In this document: one piece after another, positions 1-8,184 of the stretch
How positions within the stretch are numbered: the stretch's first letter is position 1
Layout: every line of letters starts with the position of its first letter
Assembly (NCBI GenBank): GCA_016180645.1
Contig: JACPAV010000003.1
Span: 124,001 to 188,000, forward strand
Origin: Nitrospirota bacterium
Lineage (GTDB): Bacteria > JACPQY01
Length of the DNA stretch: 64,000 nt
Reading direction: 5' to 3'
Translations under genes and position numbers: made by a program
The notes under the pieces: model-generated
Seen by the model: the letters and a program-made list of their open reading frames with translations, nothing else
Told to the model about the DNA's origin: nothing
Databases searched by the model: none

Positions 1-525
1 GTGTTGGAGGCTCGCGCCGGGATCGAGCAGCGGAAGGCCGAACTGGTGGGCGTACGACAGCGTCTTTTCCGCGACGATGGTATTGTTGCACCCGTAGTCC
101 TCGCCAACGAGGATGACGGCCCCGCCCGTGACGCCGGCCGATGCCACGTGGGCGACGATGTCAGCCGCGAAATTGAGGCCGAGAACCTTGAAAGCTACCG
201 CTCCGCGAATCCGGCTGCTGATCGAGGCCCGAAGGGCTGCCGCCGCCGAGGCTTCGTTGTTCGATTCCTCGATCACGACTCCCCGATCGGCAAGCCGCTG
301 CTTCACGCGATGGACCACGTTGGTCACCGCCGAGGTCGGAGAGCCCGGAAAACTGGTGAAATACGAGATCCCACTTTCAAGGAGCGCCTTCACCACCACG
401 ATCGCCCCCCCCCCGAAGAATCGACCCTCCTCCTGGAACAGGAGTTTCTCAGGGGATTTGTCGAACAGGACTTCCCCTCCGACGAGGCCTCGTTTCTCCT
501 CGAATTCCCTCAGTTCAATCGCCAT
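1..525 (-). CDS. Indolepyruvate:ferredoxin oxidoreductase alpha subunit-like protein, N-terminal part (runs off window edge)
   Basis: Not in the ORF track; translated by hand from ATG at 525 with GGAGG RBS at 531-535: MAIELREF...GGGAIVVVKALLESGISYFTSFPGSP...ESNNEASAAAALRAS...RGAVAFKVLGLNFAAD...SAGVTGGAVILVGEDYG, matching IorA-type pyrimidine-binding domain motifs. Confidence 0.75.
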   Translation of the reverse strand, partial: MAIELREFEEKRGLVGGEVLFDKSPEKLLFQEEGRFFGGGAIVVVKALLESGISYFTSFPGSPTSAVTNVVHRVKQRLADRGVVIEESNNEASAAAALRASISSRIRGAVAFKVLGLNFAADIVAHVASAGVTGGAVILVGEDYGCNNTIVAEKTLSYAHQFGLPLLDPGASLQH

Positions 526-639
526 CCGTTCCTCCACGGGCTGCGGCCCGAAGGTCCCTCATGCCCCACTTCCCCATTATATACCTCTGTGGTCCACAAG
601 TACGAGAGGGTCCACCTCTCCCGGGGATATGGAAAAACT

Positions 640-1101
640 TCAGATCGAAAGAATGAATTCGCGGCCGGCCAGCCTCAGTCGATAGGCGTCGGCCTCAAAG
701 TGAATGTGCCCGGCGAGGCGGTAATACGCCGCGCGGCTGAATCGAGCCTCAAACCGGCCTTCGCGCACCTTGCAGTAGGGGACGTGGTCGTTGGAGAAGC
801 GGATGGTTTCGGGATGGAGGCCTTCACGGCTCCCGTCATTGAGCACCACGGTGCCGGTGCCCGACCCTGCTCCCGGGATTTCGATGTCATTCACGATGAA
901 CGCGGCATCCGCGATGGTGACGGGCACTTCGAAGAGGCCCGCCTTGACCACGGCATTTCCCTTCTCGTTTCGAGTGAGACTCTTGTAGAGGTAGCGGGAA
1001 ACACCGGGATGTTTAACCGGCTCCCCTCGGACCCACCAGCGGCCGTCCGGCGATATCGCCAGGGTCAGATCGGCGTGATCGTGAATGAAGAGCGCCGGCA
1101 T
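640..1101 (-). CDS. DUF1285-like conserved hypothetical protein
   Basis: 153 aa; IxxDGRWxxxGEP, VPVTIADA, CKVREGRFEARFSRAAYY pattern; follows oppC. Confidence 0.65.
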   Translation of the reverse strand: MPALFIHDHADLTLAISPDGRWWVRGEPVKHPGVSRYLYKSLTRNEKGNAVVKAGLFEVPVTIADAAFIVNDIEIPGAGSGTGTVVLNDGSREGLHPETIRFSNDHVPYCKVREGRFEARFSRAAYYRLAGHIHFEADAYRLRLAGREFILSI

Positions 1102-1113
1102 GATCTTCCCACC

Positions 1114-1914
1114 TCACGACCGTCCGAAAACGGAATACATCCAATCGCCCAGTCGGTTGAAGGAGTAGGCCGTGAGGCAGAGGAACAGGCTCGGGAAGAG
1201 AATCAGATGGGGATAGAATCGAAGGGCCGTCCACCCCTCGTTCGCCAGGACTCCCCAACTCGAATTCGGCGGGGCCAGGCCGATGCCGACAAAGCTCAGG
1301 TACGATTCCGTGATGATCGAGGCGGGAATTCGAAACGTCAACGTGACGATCAGGGTCGGCCAGGTGTTCGGGAGAATGTGACGAGTCAGAATTCCCAACA
1401 TGGAGACACCGGTCGCCCGTGCCGCCTCCACGAACGGCTCGTGCTTGAGCTTGAGGACCTCACCACGGATGACGCGGGATACGGTCACACTGTTGACCAA
1501 TGTGAGAGCCAGAAACACCCCGAACATATTCCGACCGAAGAACACCAACAGCAGGATGCAGATGAGCATGTCGGGCAGCGAATAGAACACATCGAGAAAT
1601 CGCATCATGAGCTCGTCGATTCGGCGCCCTGAGTACCCGGATATTCCACCATAGACCATACCGAGGACGGTGGCCGCCACAGCCGATACCGTTCCCACCA
1701 CCAGCGAAACCCGCGCCCCGTAGAAAATCCGGCTCATGAGATCACGACCGACGAAATCGGTCCCCATGAGATGTTTCGAGTACGGGCCCCGGAGAATGGC
1801 CTCCAGATCCTGGGAATCAAAACTGAACGGCGAAAGCACCCCGGCGAATACCGCGATCCCCACCATCAATGCGAGAAAGATGCACGGCATGACCGGAGGT
1901 CGGTTGTTCTTCAC
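1114..1914 (-). CDS. oppC: Oligopeptide ABC transporter permease OppC
   Basis: HLMGTDFVGRDLMSRIFYGARVSL, EAARATG (EAA loop), HILPN, LSFVGIG..PP..SWG; GTG at 1914 overlaps oppB stop. Confidence 0.9.
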   Translation of the reverse strand: MKNNRPPVMPCIFLALMVGIAVFAGVLSPFSFDSQDLEAILRGPYSKHLMGTDFVGRDLMSRIFYGARVSLVVGTVSAVAATVLGMVYGGISGYSGRRIDELMMRFLDVFYSLPDMLICILLLVFFGRNMFGVFLALTLVNSVTVSRVIRGEVLKLKHEPFVEAARATGVSMLGILTRHILPNTWPTLIVTLTFRIPASIITESYLSFVGIGLAPPNSSWGVLANEGWTALRFYPHLILFPSLFLCLTAYSFNRLGDWMYSVFGRS

Positions 1915-2828
1915 GTCCGCCCCCTCAGCCTGGGATCCACGATGGCCAGCAGGACGTCGGCGATCAGATTCGCCACGATGATCACAACGGCCAAGACCAG
2001 AGTCACACCCATGATCAGCGGATAGTCGCGGTTGGTCACCGCGGTCACGAAGAAGCGTCCCATCCCCGGAATCGCAAACATGTGCTCCACCACGAAGGAG
2101 CCGGTGATCAGAAAGGCCAGCAGAAGGCCGCTGTAGGAGACCACGGGAGTAATGGCGTTCCGGATGATGTACTGCATCACGACACGCCATTCCGGAACGC
2201 CCCGCCCCCGCGCGGCCCGGATGTAGTCTTTCAGCATCGTCTCGATGACGTTCGCTCTCGTCACGCGGGCGATGTAGGCCGTCGGCGCGGCCGCCAGCAC
2301 GATCGACGGCATGACATAGTGCTTCCATGTGCCGATGAGGGCCGGCGGAAAGAGATGGAGCGTATGGGACAACAGGTACATCAACGCCGCGGCCATGACG
2401 AAAGAGGGAACTGAAAAGCCAAGGGCTGAGAAGGCGCTGACGAAACTGTCTTCGACCTTCCCGGCGCGGAGTCCGGCCAGGATGCCTCCGGCTATGCCGA
2501 AGATCAAGGCAAACACATAGGCCAACGCCCCCAATCGGGCGGAGACGGGAAACGTTTCGCGAATGATACGGGTAATGTCCCGGCCCAGATACTTGTAGGA
2601 AGGCCCCAAATCGCCCTGAGCCACTCCCTTGAGATAAAGCACGTACTGGGTCAGGAGCGGCTGGTCGAGATGGTACTTTGCCTCGACATTCTGCTTGATG
2701 GCCGGCGGCAGCACCTTGTCCCGGTCGAAGGGTCCGCCGGGGGCCACTTTCAATAGAAGGAACGTGACGGTCACGACGCCCCAGAGCGCGGGCACCGCCA
2801 TCAAAATCCGCACGAGAATCGTCCGCAT
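1911..2828 (-). CDS. oppB: Oligopeptide ABC transporter permease OppB
   Basis: APGGPF, GDLGPSYKY, DYIRAARGRG, ITGSFVVEHMFAIPGMG, NRDYPLIMG, DPRLR. Confidence 0.92.
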   Translation of the reverse strand: MRTILVRILMAVPALWGVVTVTFLLLKVAPGGPFDRDKVLPPAIKQNVEAKYHLDQPLLTQYVLYLKGVAQGDLGPSYKYLGRDITRIIRETFPVSARLGALAYVFALIFGIAGGILAGLRAGKVEDSFVSAFSALGFSVPSFVMAAALMYLLSHTLHLFPPALIGTWKHYVMPSIVLAAAPTAYIARVTRANVIETMLKDYIRAARGRGVPEWRVVMQYIIRNAITPVVSYSGLLLAFLITGSFVVEHMFAIPGMGRFFVTAVTNRDYPLIMGVTLVLAVVIIVANLIADVLLAIVDPRLRGRT

Positions 2829-2834
2829 GGCCCC

Positions 2835-4490
2835 TTATTCCCTTAGCCGCCTGTACGAAAGATTCTTCACGTAGGTTACGTCCATTGCGTTCGGCAGGAA
2901 CCCGCGCAGGTAGTCCTTGACCAGCATGTTCATGGTCGAGGTGAACAGCGGAATGATCGGAAGATCCTGTTGACAGAGGAGATTCTGCGCCTTGTTGTAG
3001 AGTTCCATACGAATCGATGGATCAAGTTCCTGCGCCGCCTGCTCGATCAACCGATCGAATTCGGCATTGGCCCATCCGGTCTTGTTGTTGCCGCTTCGGG
3101 CGGTGAACAGGTTCATGAAGTTATCCGGATCGGGATAGTCCGCTCCCCACCCGAGCCGGAAAAGCGGCGGGGGATCGGTATTGAGCTGGCTCAAATAGAA
3201 TTTCCACTCCTGGTTGTCGAGCGTGATGTCCACGTTCAGGTGTTTCTTCCACTGGGACTGGAGGAAGGGCGCCACCAGGAGATTCTCCGGACTGGTGTTG
3301 AACACCGCTCGAATTTTTGGAAACCGCTCCCCTCCCGGATATCCGGCCTCCGCCAGCAGTTTTTGCGCCTTGGAAGGATTGAAGCCCAGCCCGATGCCGG
3401 GGTTGTAACCGAGCATTCCTTTGGGTATCCATGAGTTCGTGGGAGATTCGCCGCCCTTGAGGATTTCAGGAAGTTTGGTCTTATCAATGGCCATCGCAAA
3501 AGCTTTGCGCACCCGAACATCGCTGAAGGGAGGCTTCTTGATGTTGAAGCCGTAATAGTACCCTCGCAGAAACGGGAAGCTGACGAACTCGTCGTTCGTG
3601 CGGTAGGACGGGATGGCGTCCGGGGGCAGTTTCACCATGTCCAGGTACCCGGTTTCGTACAGGTTCAGAGCGGTGGTTTCGACTTCTACGACATAGAACG
3701 TGATTTTTTCGATCGGCGCCCGCTTGGCCCAGTACCGGGGATTCCCGCCCAGCACGAGCCGGTACTCATGACGCCATTCTTCGAGGCGGTAGGGGCCGTT
3801 GGTGACCATGTGTTCGGGTTCGGTCCACACTTCTCCGAACCGTTCGATCACGTCTTTCCGGAGCGGGAACGTCACCATGTATGTGGTAATCGCCAGGAGA
3901 TAGGGGGTGGGCCTCCGGAGACGGACTTCAAGCTCGGTATCCGACAGTGCCCGAACGCCCACGGCCGACGGATCTTTCAGCTCCCCGCTGTTGTATTCGA
4001 CGGCATTGACGAGATCATAGAGAAAATAGGCATATTCGGAGGCCGTTTCCGGAGCCAGAAGCCGCTTCCACGCGTACTCGAAATCGCCGGCCTTGACTGG
4101 CTGTCCGTCTGTCCATCGCGCCTCCGGGCGCAGGTGGAAGCGGTAGACGCGCCCGTCTTCCAGAATGTCCCACGATGCGGCCGCCGCGGGCACGGGATTC
4201 AGATCCGCATCAAATTCCGTGAGGCCGTCGAACAGATTCACAAGAACGCGGTGAGAGACGTTGTCCGTGGCCAGGCTGGGGTCCAGCGTCGGGGGTTCGT
4301 TGGCTAGGGCCAGCCGGATTTCGGAACGAAGATCCGATTCGCCCTGCGCGCAGCCGGAGAGGGTCAGGGCAAGAAAGCAGATCAACCCTGCCAGGCGGCC
4401 GTGAATCCGTTGGGGTCCGGCTGGGCGAGGCCCTAAGAGGGCCGGCCTCAGGGGTCGGGCGGTGGACCGCCGTCGCGTCGGGACGTACAG
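2835..4490 (-). CDS. oppA: Oligopeptide ABC transporter substrate-binding lipoprotein OppA (start uncertain; CTG at 4490 assumed)
   Basis: Lipobox LSGC, EPPTLDP, LFDGL, YRFHLR..A.WTDG.PV.A.DF.YAWKRLL.P, NGPY, GWGADYPDPDNF; no ATG/GTG between fusA stop and lipobox. Confidence 0.88.
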   Translation of the reverse strand: MYVPTRRRSTARPLRPALLGPRPAGPQRIHGRLAGLICFLALTLSGCAQGESDLRSEIRLALANEPPTLDPSLATDNVSHRVLVNLFDGLTEFDADLNPVPAAAASWDILEDGRVYRFHLRPEARWTDGQPVKAGDFEYAWKRLLAPETASEYAYFLYDLVNAVEYNSGELKDPSAVGVRALSDTELEVRLRRPTPYLLAITTYMVTFPLRKDVIERFGEVWTEPEHMVTNGPYRLEEWRHEYRLVLGGNPRYWAKRAPIEKITFYVVEVETTALNLYETGYLDMVKLPPDAIPSYRTNDEFVSFPFLRGYYYGFNIKKPPFSDVRVRKAFAMAIDKTKLPEILKGGESPTNSWIPKGMLGYNPGIGLGFNPSKAQKLLAEAGYPGGERFPKIRAVFNTSPENLLVAPFLQSQWKKHLNVDITLDNQEWKFYLSQLNTDPPPLFRLGWGADYPDPDNFMNLFTARSGNNKTGWANAEFDRLIEQAAQELDPSIRMELYNKAQNLLCQQDLPIIPLFTSTMNMLVKDYLRGFLPNAMDVTYVKNLSYRRLRE

Positions 4491-4497
4491 GATCTTG

Positions 4498-6591
4498 CTA
4501 TCCTGCCTGCTCCCCCTGCTGTTTCTTCCGGGTGTCGACCAAGCGCTGCGCCAAATGCGTAGGCACCTCCTCGTAATGCGAGAAGCTGTAGTTGAATGCC
4601 CCGGCACCGCCGGTGATCGACGTCAACGCCCCCGCGTACGACATCACCTCCGGCATTGGCACTTGAGCTTTGATCACCCGTTCATCCCCTACTCCCTCCA
4701 TACCCTGCACGCGGGCGCGGCGCGAATTCAGATCCGCCAGCACAGTACCCACGTGCTCTTCCGGAACCGTAACTTCCACCAGGACCACCGGTTCGAGCAC
4801 CACCGGTGTGGCCATTTCCGCCGCCTTCTTGAACCCCATCGAACCGGCGATTCGAAAAGCCATGTCGGAAGAATCGACGTCATGATACTTGCCGTCGTAT
4901 AGCGTCACGCGTATGTCCACGACGGGAAAACCCGCCAGGGGTCCCGCTTCCAACGCTTCTTGAACGCCCTTCTCCACCGACGGAATGAAATTTCTGGGAA
5001 TGGCGCCACCAAAAATCTTGTCGACGAATTCGTACCCTGTCCCTCGCGGCAACGGCTCCACCTCCAACCAACACCAGCCGTATTGGCCGCGGCCGCCGGA
5101 CTGGCGAACGTATTTGCCGTCCGCCTTGGCCTTCTTCTTCACGGTTTCCTTGTAGGGAATCTGAGGCGGGGCCTTGGCCACCTCCACGCCGAACTTTCGT
5201 TTCATCTTCTCCAACACCACTTCGATATGCACATCCCCCAGGCCCGACAGAATAAACTCCTTGGTCTGCTGCTCCCGGCGCAACGTGACCGTCATGTCTT
5301 CCTCCGTCAGCCGCGTGAGGGCCAAGCTCACTTTCTCCTCGTCTCCCTTGGACTTGGGCCAGATCGCGTAGGAAATAACCGGGCTCGGAAACGTGATGGA
5401 GCGAAGGAGCACCGGTTCCTTGACATCGCAGAGCGTGTCGCCTGTATGGGTGTTCTTGAGCTTTGCGACGGCAACGATCTCGCCGGGCCCGGCCGATTGC
5501 ACCGAAGCTTGAGTCCTGCCCACGAAACGAAGGATGGCGCCTAGACGCTCCCGTTCCTTCTTGCGGGGGTTGAGCAGCGTCATGTCTTGCGAAACGGTGC
5601 CCGCGTAGATGCGAAAGAAGGAGAGATGGCCGATGTGTGGATCTGCAACCGTACGGAATACGATGGCGGTGGCCGGCGCTCCCGGATCGGCCTTCCGTTT
5701 GACGGGGGTCTTTCCGTCCTCTCCCGTCAGTTGGAGGTCGGGACGTTCCAGAGGCGAGGGCAGTAGATCCACCGCCGCGTCCAAGAGGGCCTGCACGCCA
5801 TTCATGTTCGTTGCGCAGCCAATAAGCACGGGAAACAGCTTGCCGGCATGTACTCCCTTACGAAGGGCATTCACCAGTTGTGAGGGTTCTAGTGACTGAC
5901 CGTCCAGGTACTTCTCGAGTAGCCCATCGTCCATTTCGGCGATCGACTCGATGGCCTTGTCTTTTGCCGCCTGAGCGTCCGCCTGTACCAGGCTGGGAAT
6001 TGGAATTTCCTTGAGGTCCGCTTTTCCGGGCGCGGCAGTCGCCGGGTAGGCGAAGGCCTTTTGAGCCAGTACATCCACGTAGCCCGTTACGCGATTTCCC
6101 TCCCGGATGGGCAGGTGCAGCAGAACCAATCCTGGAGCCGCCAGCCCTTTCTTCAGGGCCTCGAGATCGAAGGGCGGCACTTCGCCGTCGATTTTGTTGA
6201 GAAACAGGAATCGGGGCACTTGGTTGTGTTCAAGAAGTTTCCAGATTTTCCTCGACTGGAATCTCACGCCATCACCGATCCCGAGTACAAAGATGGCCCC
6301 ATCCACCACGCGAGCCGCCGCATAGGTGTCCGCCAGAAAATTGTCGTTTCCAGGAGTATCGATCATGTAGATCGTGTGCCCCTTCCATGCAAGATGCGCC
6401 GAGGAAGCCGAAACGGACACTTTGTGCTTGATGTCCTCCGGTTCGAAGTCCATCACCGTGTTTCCCTCGGGAACTTTTGCAAGCCGCGTGGTTGTGCCGC
6501 CGGCATAGAGGAGGGCCTCGCACAGCGAAGTTTTCCCCGTACCCGTCGGCGAGAAGAAACCGATCGTGCGGATCTTAGCCGTATCGCCCAT
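4498..6591 (-). CDS. fusA: Elongation factor G paralog (EF-G2/FusA2-like)
   Basis: 697 aa; SPTGTGKTS P-loop, DTPG, NKID, GLGDVHIEV, RQSGGRGQYG, DGKYHDVDSSDMAF; RGITI and DTPGH motifs are degenerate. Confidence 0.9.
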   Translation of the reverse strand: MGDTAKIRTIGFFSPTGTGKTSLCEALLYAGGTTTRLAKVPEGNTVMDFEPEDIKHKVSVSASSAHLAWKGHTIYMIDTPGNDNFLADTYAAARVVDGAIFVLGIGDGVRFQSRKIWKLLEHNQVPRFLFLNKIDGEVPPFDLEALKKGLAAPGLVLLHLPIREGNRVTGYVDVLAQKAFAYPATAAPGKADLKEIPIPSLVQADAQAAKDKAIESIAEMDDGLLEKYLDGQSLEPSQLVNALRKGVHAGKLFPVLIGCATNMNGVQALLDAAVDLLPSPLERPDLQLTGEDGKTPVKRKADPGAPATAIVFRTVADPHIGHLSFFRIYAGTVSQDMTLLNPRKKERERLGAILRFVGRTQASVQSAGPGEIVAVAKLKNTHTGDTLCDVKEPVLLRSITFPSPVISYAIWPKSKGDEEKVSLALTRLTEEDMTVTLRREQQTKEFILSGLGDVHIEVVLEKMKRKFGVEVAKAPPQIPYKETVKKKAKADGKYVRQSGGRGQYGWCWLEVEPLPRGTGYEFVDKIFGGAIPRNFIPSVEKGVQEALEAGPLAGFPVVDIRVTLYDGKYHDVDSSDMAFRIAGSMGFKKAAEMATPVVLEPVVLVEVTVPEEHVGTVLADLNSRRARVQGMEGVGDERVIKAQVPMPEVMSYAGALTSITGGAGAFNYSFSHYEEVPTHLAQRLVDTRKKQQGEQAG

Positions 6592-6608
6592 TGTATAATC
6601 CTTCCATT

Positions 6609-6637
6609 AGTTTAGAGGACTTAGAACGAGTTGTCAA
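6609..6637 (-). promoter_or_regulatory. sigma70-type promoter of the EF-G paralog
   Basis: Minus strand TTGACA (6637-6632), 17 nt, TAAACT (6614-6609), followed by a short leader with AGGA before ATG 6591. Confidence 0.7.
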
Positions 6638-6640
6638 TTT

Positions 6641-6779
6641 CCAGCCAGGGATGGTGCGGTACTCGGTGCCAGACGGTCGAGCGTGACGCGAGACCTGCCC
6701 ATGCACCGAGTGCCAGCCAAGGATGGTGCGGCCCTTGTTCAATCGCCGACCAGGGATGGTCGGCTCTGAAGAACAAGGG
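6641..6779 (+). other. Structured intergenic element with three GGA-loop hairpins (candidate ncRNA or repeat element)
   Basis: CCAGCCA(G/A)GGATGGTGCGG at 6641 and 6713; perfect hairpin GCCGACCA-GGGA-TGGTCGGC at 6745-6764; stems ACTCGGTGC/GCACCGAGT and CCCTTGTTC/GAACAAGGG. Confidence 0.5.
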
Positions 6780-6810
6780 AGACCGGCACACGCCATTTCA
6801 TCGTCTGTCT

Positions 6811-7845
6811 TCAACCGAAGAGTTCCATAATCTCCTTCGGCTTCGCGAGATGTCGCGATTCGACCTTCACGTGGTCCCATTTTTCTGCTCCGATTTTCAG
6901 CTCAACGGCTCTGGCGATTTGCGGCAATCCCCAGACGGAACCGCCGGCGGTGAGCTTGCCCGCGCCCAAGTACTGCAGTAGCTCGACGCCCACGACGTCG
7001 ACTGCAACGGGATCTGTCCCGGCCACCAAGATTCCGCCCTCGGCCAGCCGGCCCTTGTCCGGTCCTCCATCCACAAAGGCCTTTCGACCGTCCAGGATGA
7101 AAAGATCCGGCCTGACGACCAGAGCGATCTCCGCCAACCGCTCCTGGAAGCCGACGGGAAGGTGCATATGCGTTCGATTCAGCATGTCCACCAGTCCAAC
7201 GCTGTTCTTGAGCGCCAGGGTGAATCCGGCTAGGAAGTGCGTGCGAAGCGTGGGTAGGCTAATGACGAAATCCACTTCGCTGAGAATACGCGGGAGCTTG
7301 AAAGGGGACAGCCAGTGGGTTTCCTCAGGCAAGATCACCGGATCCCAGGGTGAGAATTCAAGGGCGATCACATCGGCACCTGACTTCGACGCCGCCTCGA
7401 ATAGTCCCGTCGCATTCATGCACTTGAGCGTATCCCGCCACACGCCGGAGCGATCGGCCATTACGATGCTTCGGATGCCTCGGTCCTTGAGCAGGAGAAT
7501 CAGTTCGGAAACAAGATCCGGACTGGTTGTGGCGGGGTACGGCTTGGAAGAATTGATCGCGGGTTTGAGCAGGACGCGGTGGCCCGGCCGAAGGTGGCCA
7601 AGTCCATCGCACAGTCCGATGCATTCGGCCAGGGCCTCTCGAAGCGGCCGTGAGGACGCGCCGAGCGGCTTGCTCACGCCGGAGACCCCGACTCGTGACG
7701 GCAGCGGGCTTCGACGTTTTGGAACGAACGGTTCCGGGTGAGACTTAGCCTGCGGTTCGGGCTCCTCTCCCGGCATCGGGAAAGCCTGGTGGAGAAGGCC
7801 CGCGCCGACCCCTTTGAGGAACGCTCTCCGGTTCCACACCCCCAT
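6811..7845 (-). CDS. Tat-exported DUF362 domain protein
   Basis: NRRAFLK twin-arginine signal; VLLKPAIN, ATTSPDLV, LPTLRTH..AGFTLALKN.VG, D.VAVD. Confidence 0.85.
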   Translation of the reverse strand: MGVWNRRAFLKGVGAGLLHQAFPMPGEEPEPQAKSHPEPFVPKRRSPLPSRVGVSGVSKPLGASSRPLREALAECIGLCDGLGHLRPGHRVLLKPAINSSKPYPATTSPDLVSELILLLKDRGIRSIVMADRSGVWRDTLKCMNATGLFEAASKSGADVIALEFSPWDPVILPEETHWLSPFKLPRILSEVDFVISLPTLRTHFLAGFTLALKNSVGLVDMLNRTHMHLPVGFQERLAEIALVVRPDLFILDGRKAFVDGGPDKGRLAEGGILVAGTDPVAVDVVGVELLQYLGAGKLTAGGSVWGLPQIARAVELKIGAEKWDHVKVESRHLAKPKEIMELFG

Positions 7846-8184
7846 GATTGCGGATCATACCAGAATCATGATCCGCGATTCGAGACAGAAACCGGAAACC
7901 TCCCATGGAAGCCCACCGATCTCATCCGGCCAAATCAGCCGCGGGGAGTGTCAGGCGTCACAAACCAACGAGATGGCCAAGACACTCATGTCTGACCGCA
8001 TAGCCCTTGACGACCCCTGCCGAAGGATCGTCCGAATATGAAACGGTAGGCGGACCGTACCTCCCGCCTCATATCTTGGGCGGCCAACAGAAAATTGTCC
8101 CGTGTCTACAGTTGACCCCAATATCCACCTCCCTCGAACAGCAATGGTGGAGTGGAGGGAGTCAGGCGGGGGTGGCCGGCCTAA

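Noticed and set aside
1-1632. 543-aa plus-strand ORF
   Set aside because: Antisense shadow of the IorA-like, DUF1285-like and oppC genes; no recognisable motifs
6641-6764. Possible mini CRISPR array
   Set aside because: Only two 19-nt copies plus a variant, with self-complementary unequal spacers and no cas genes
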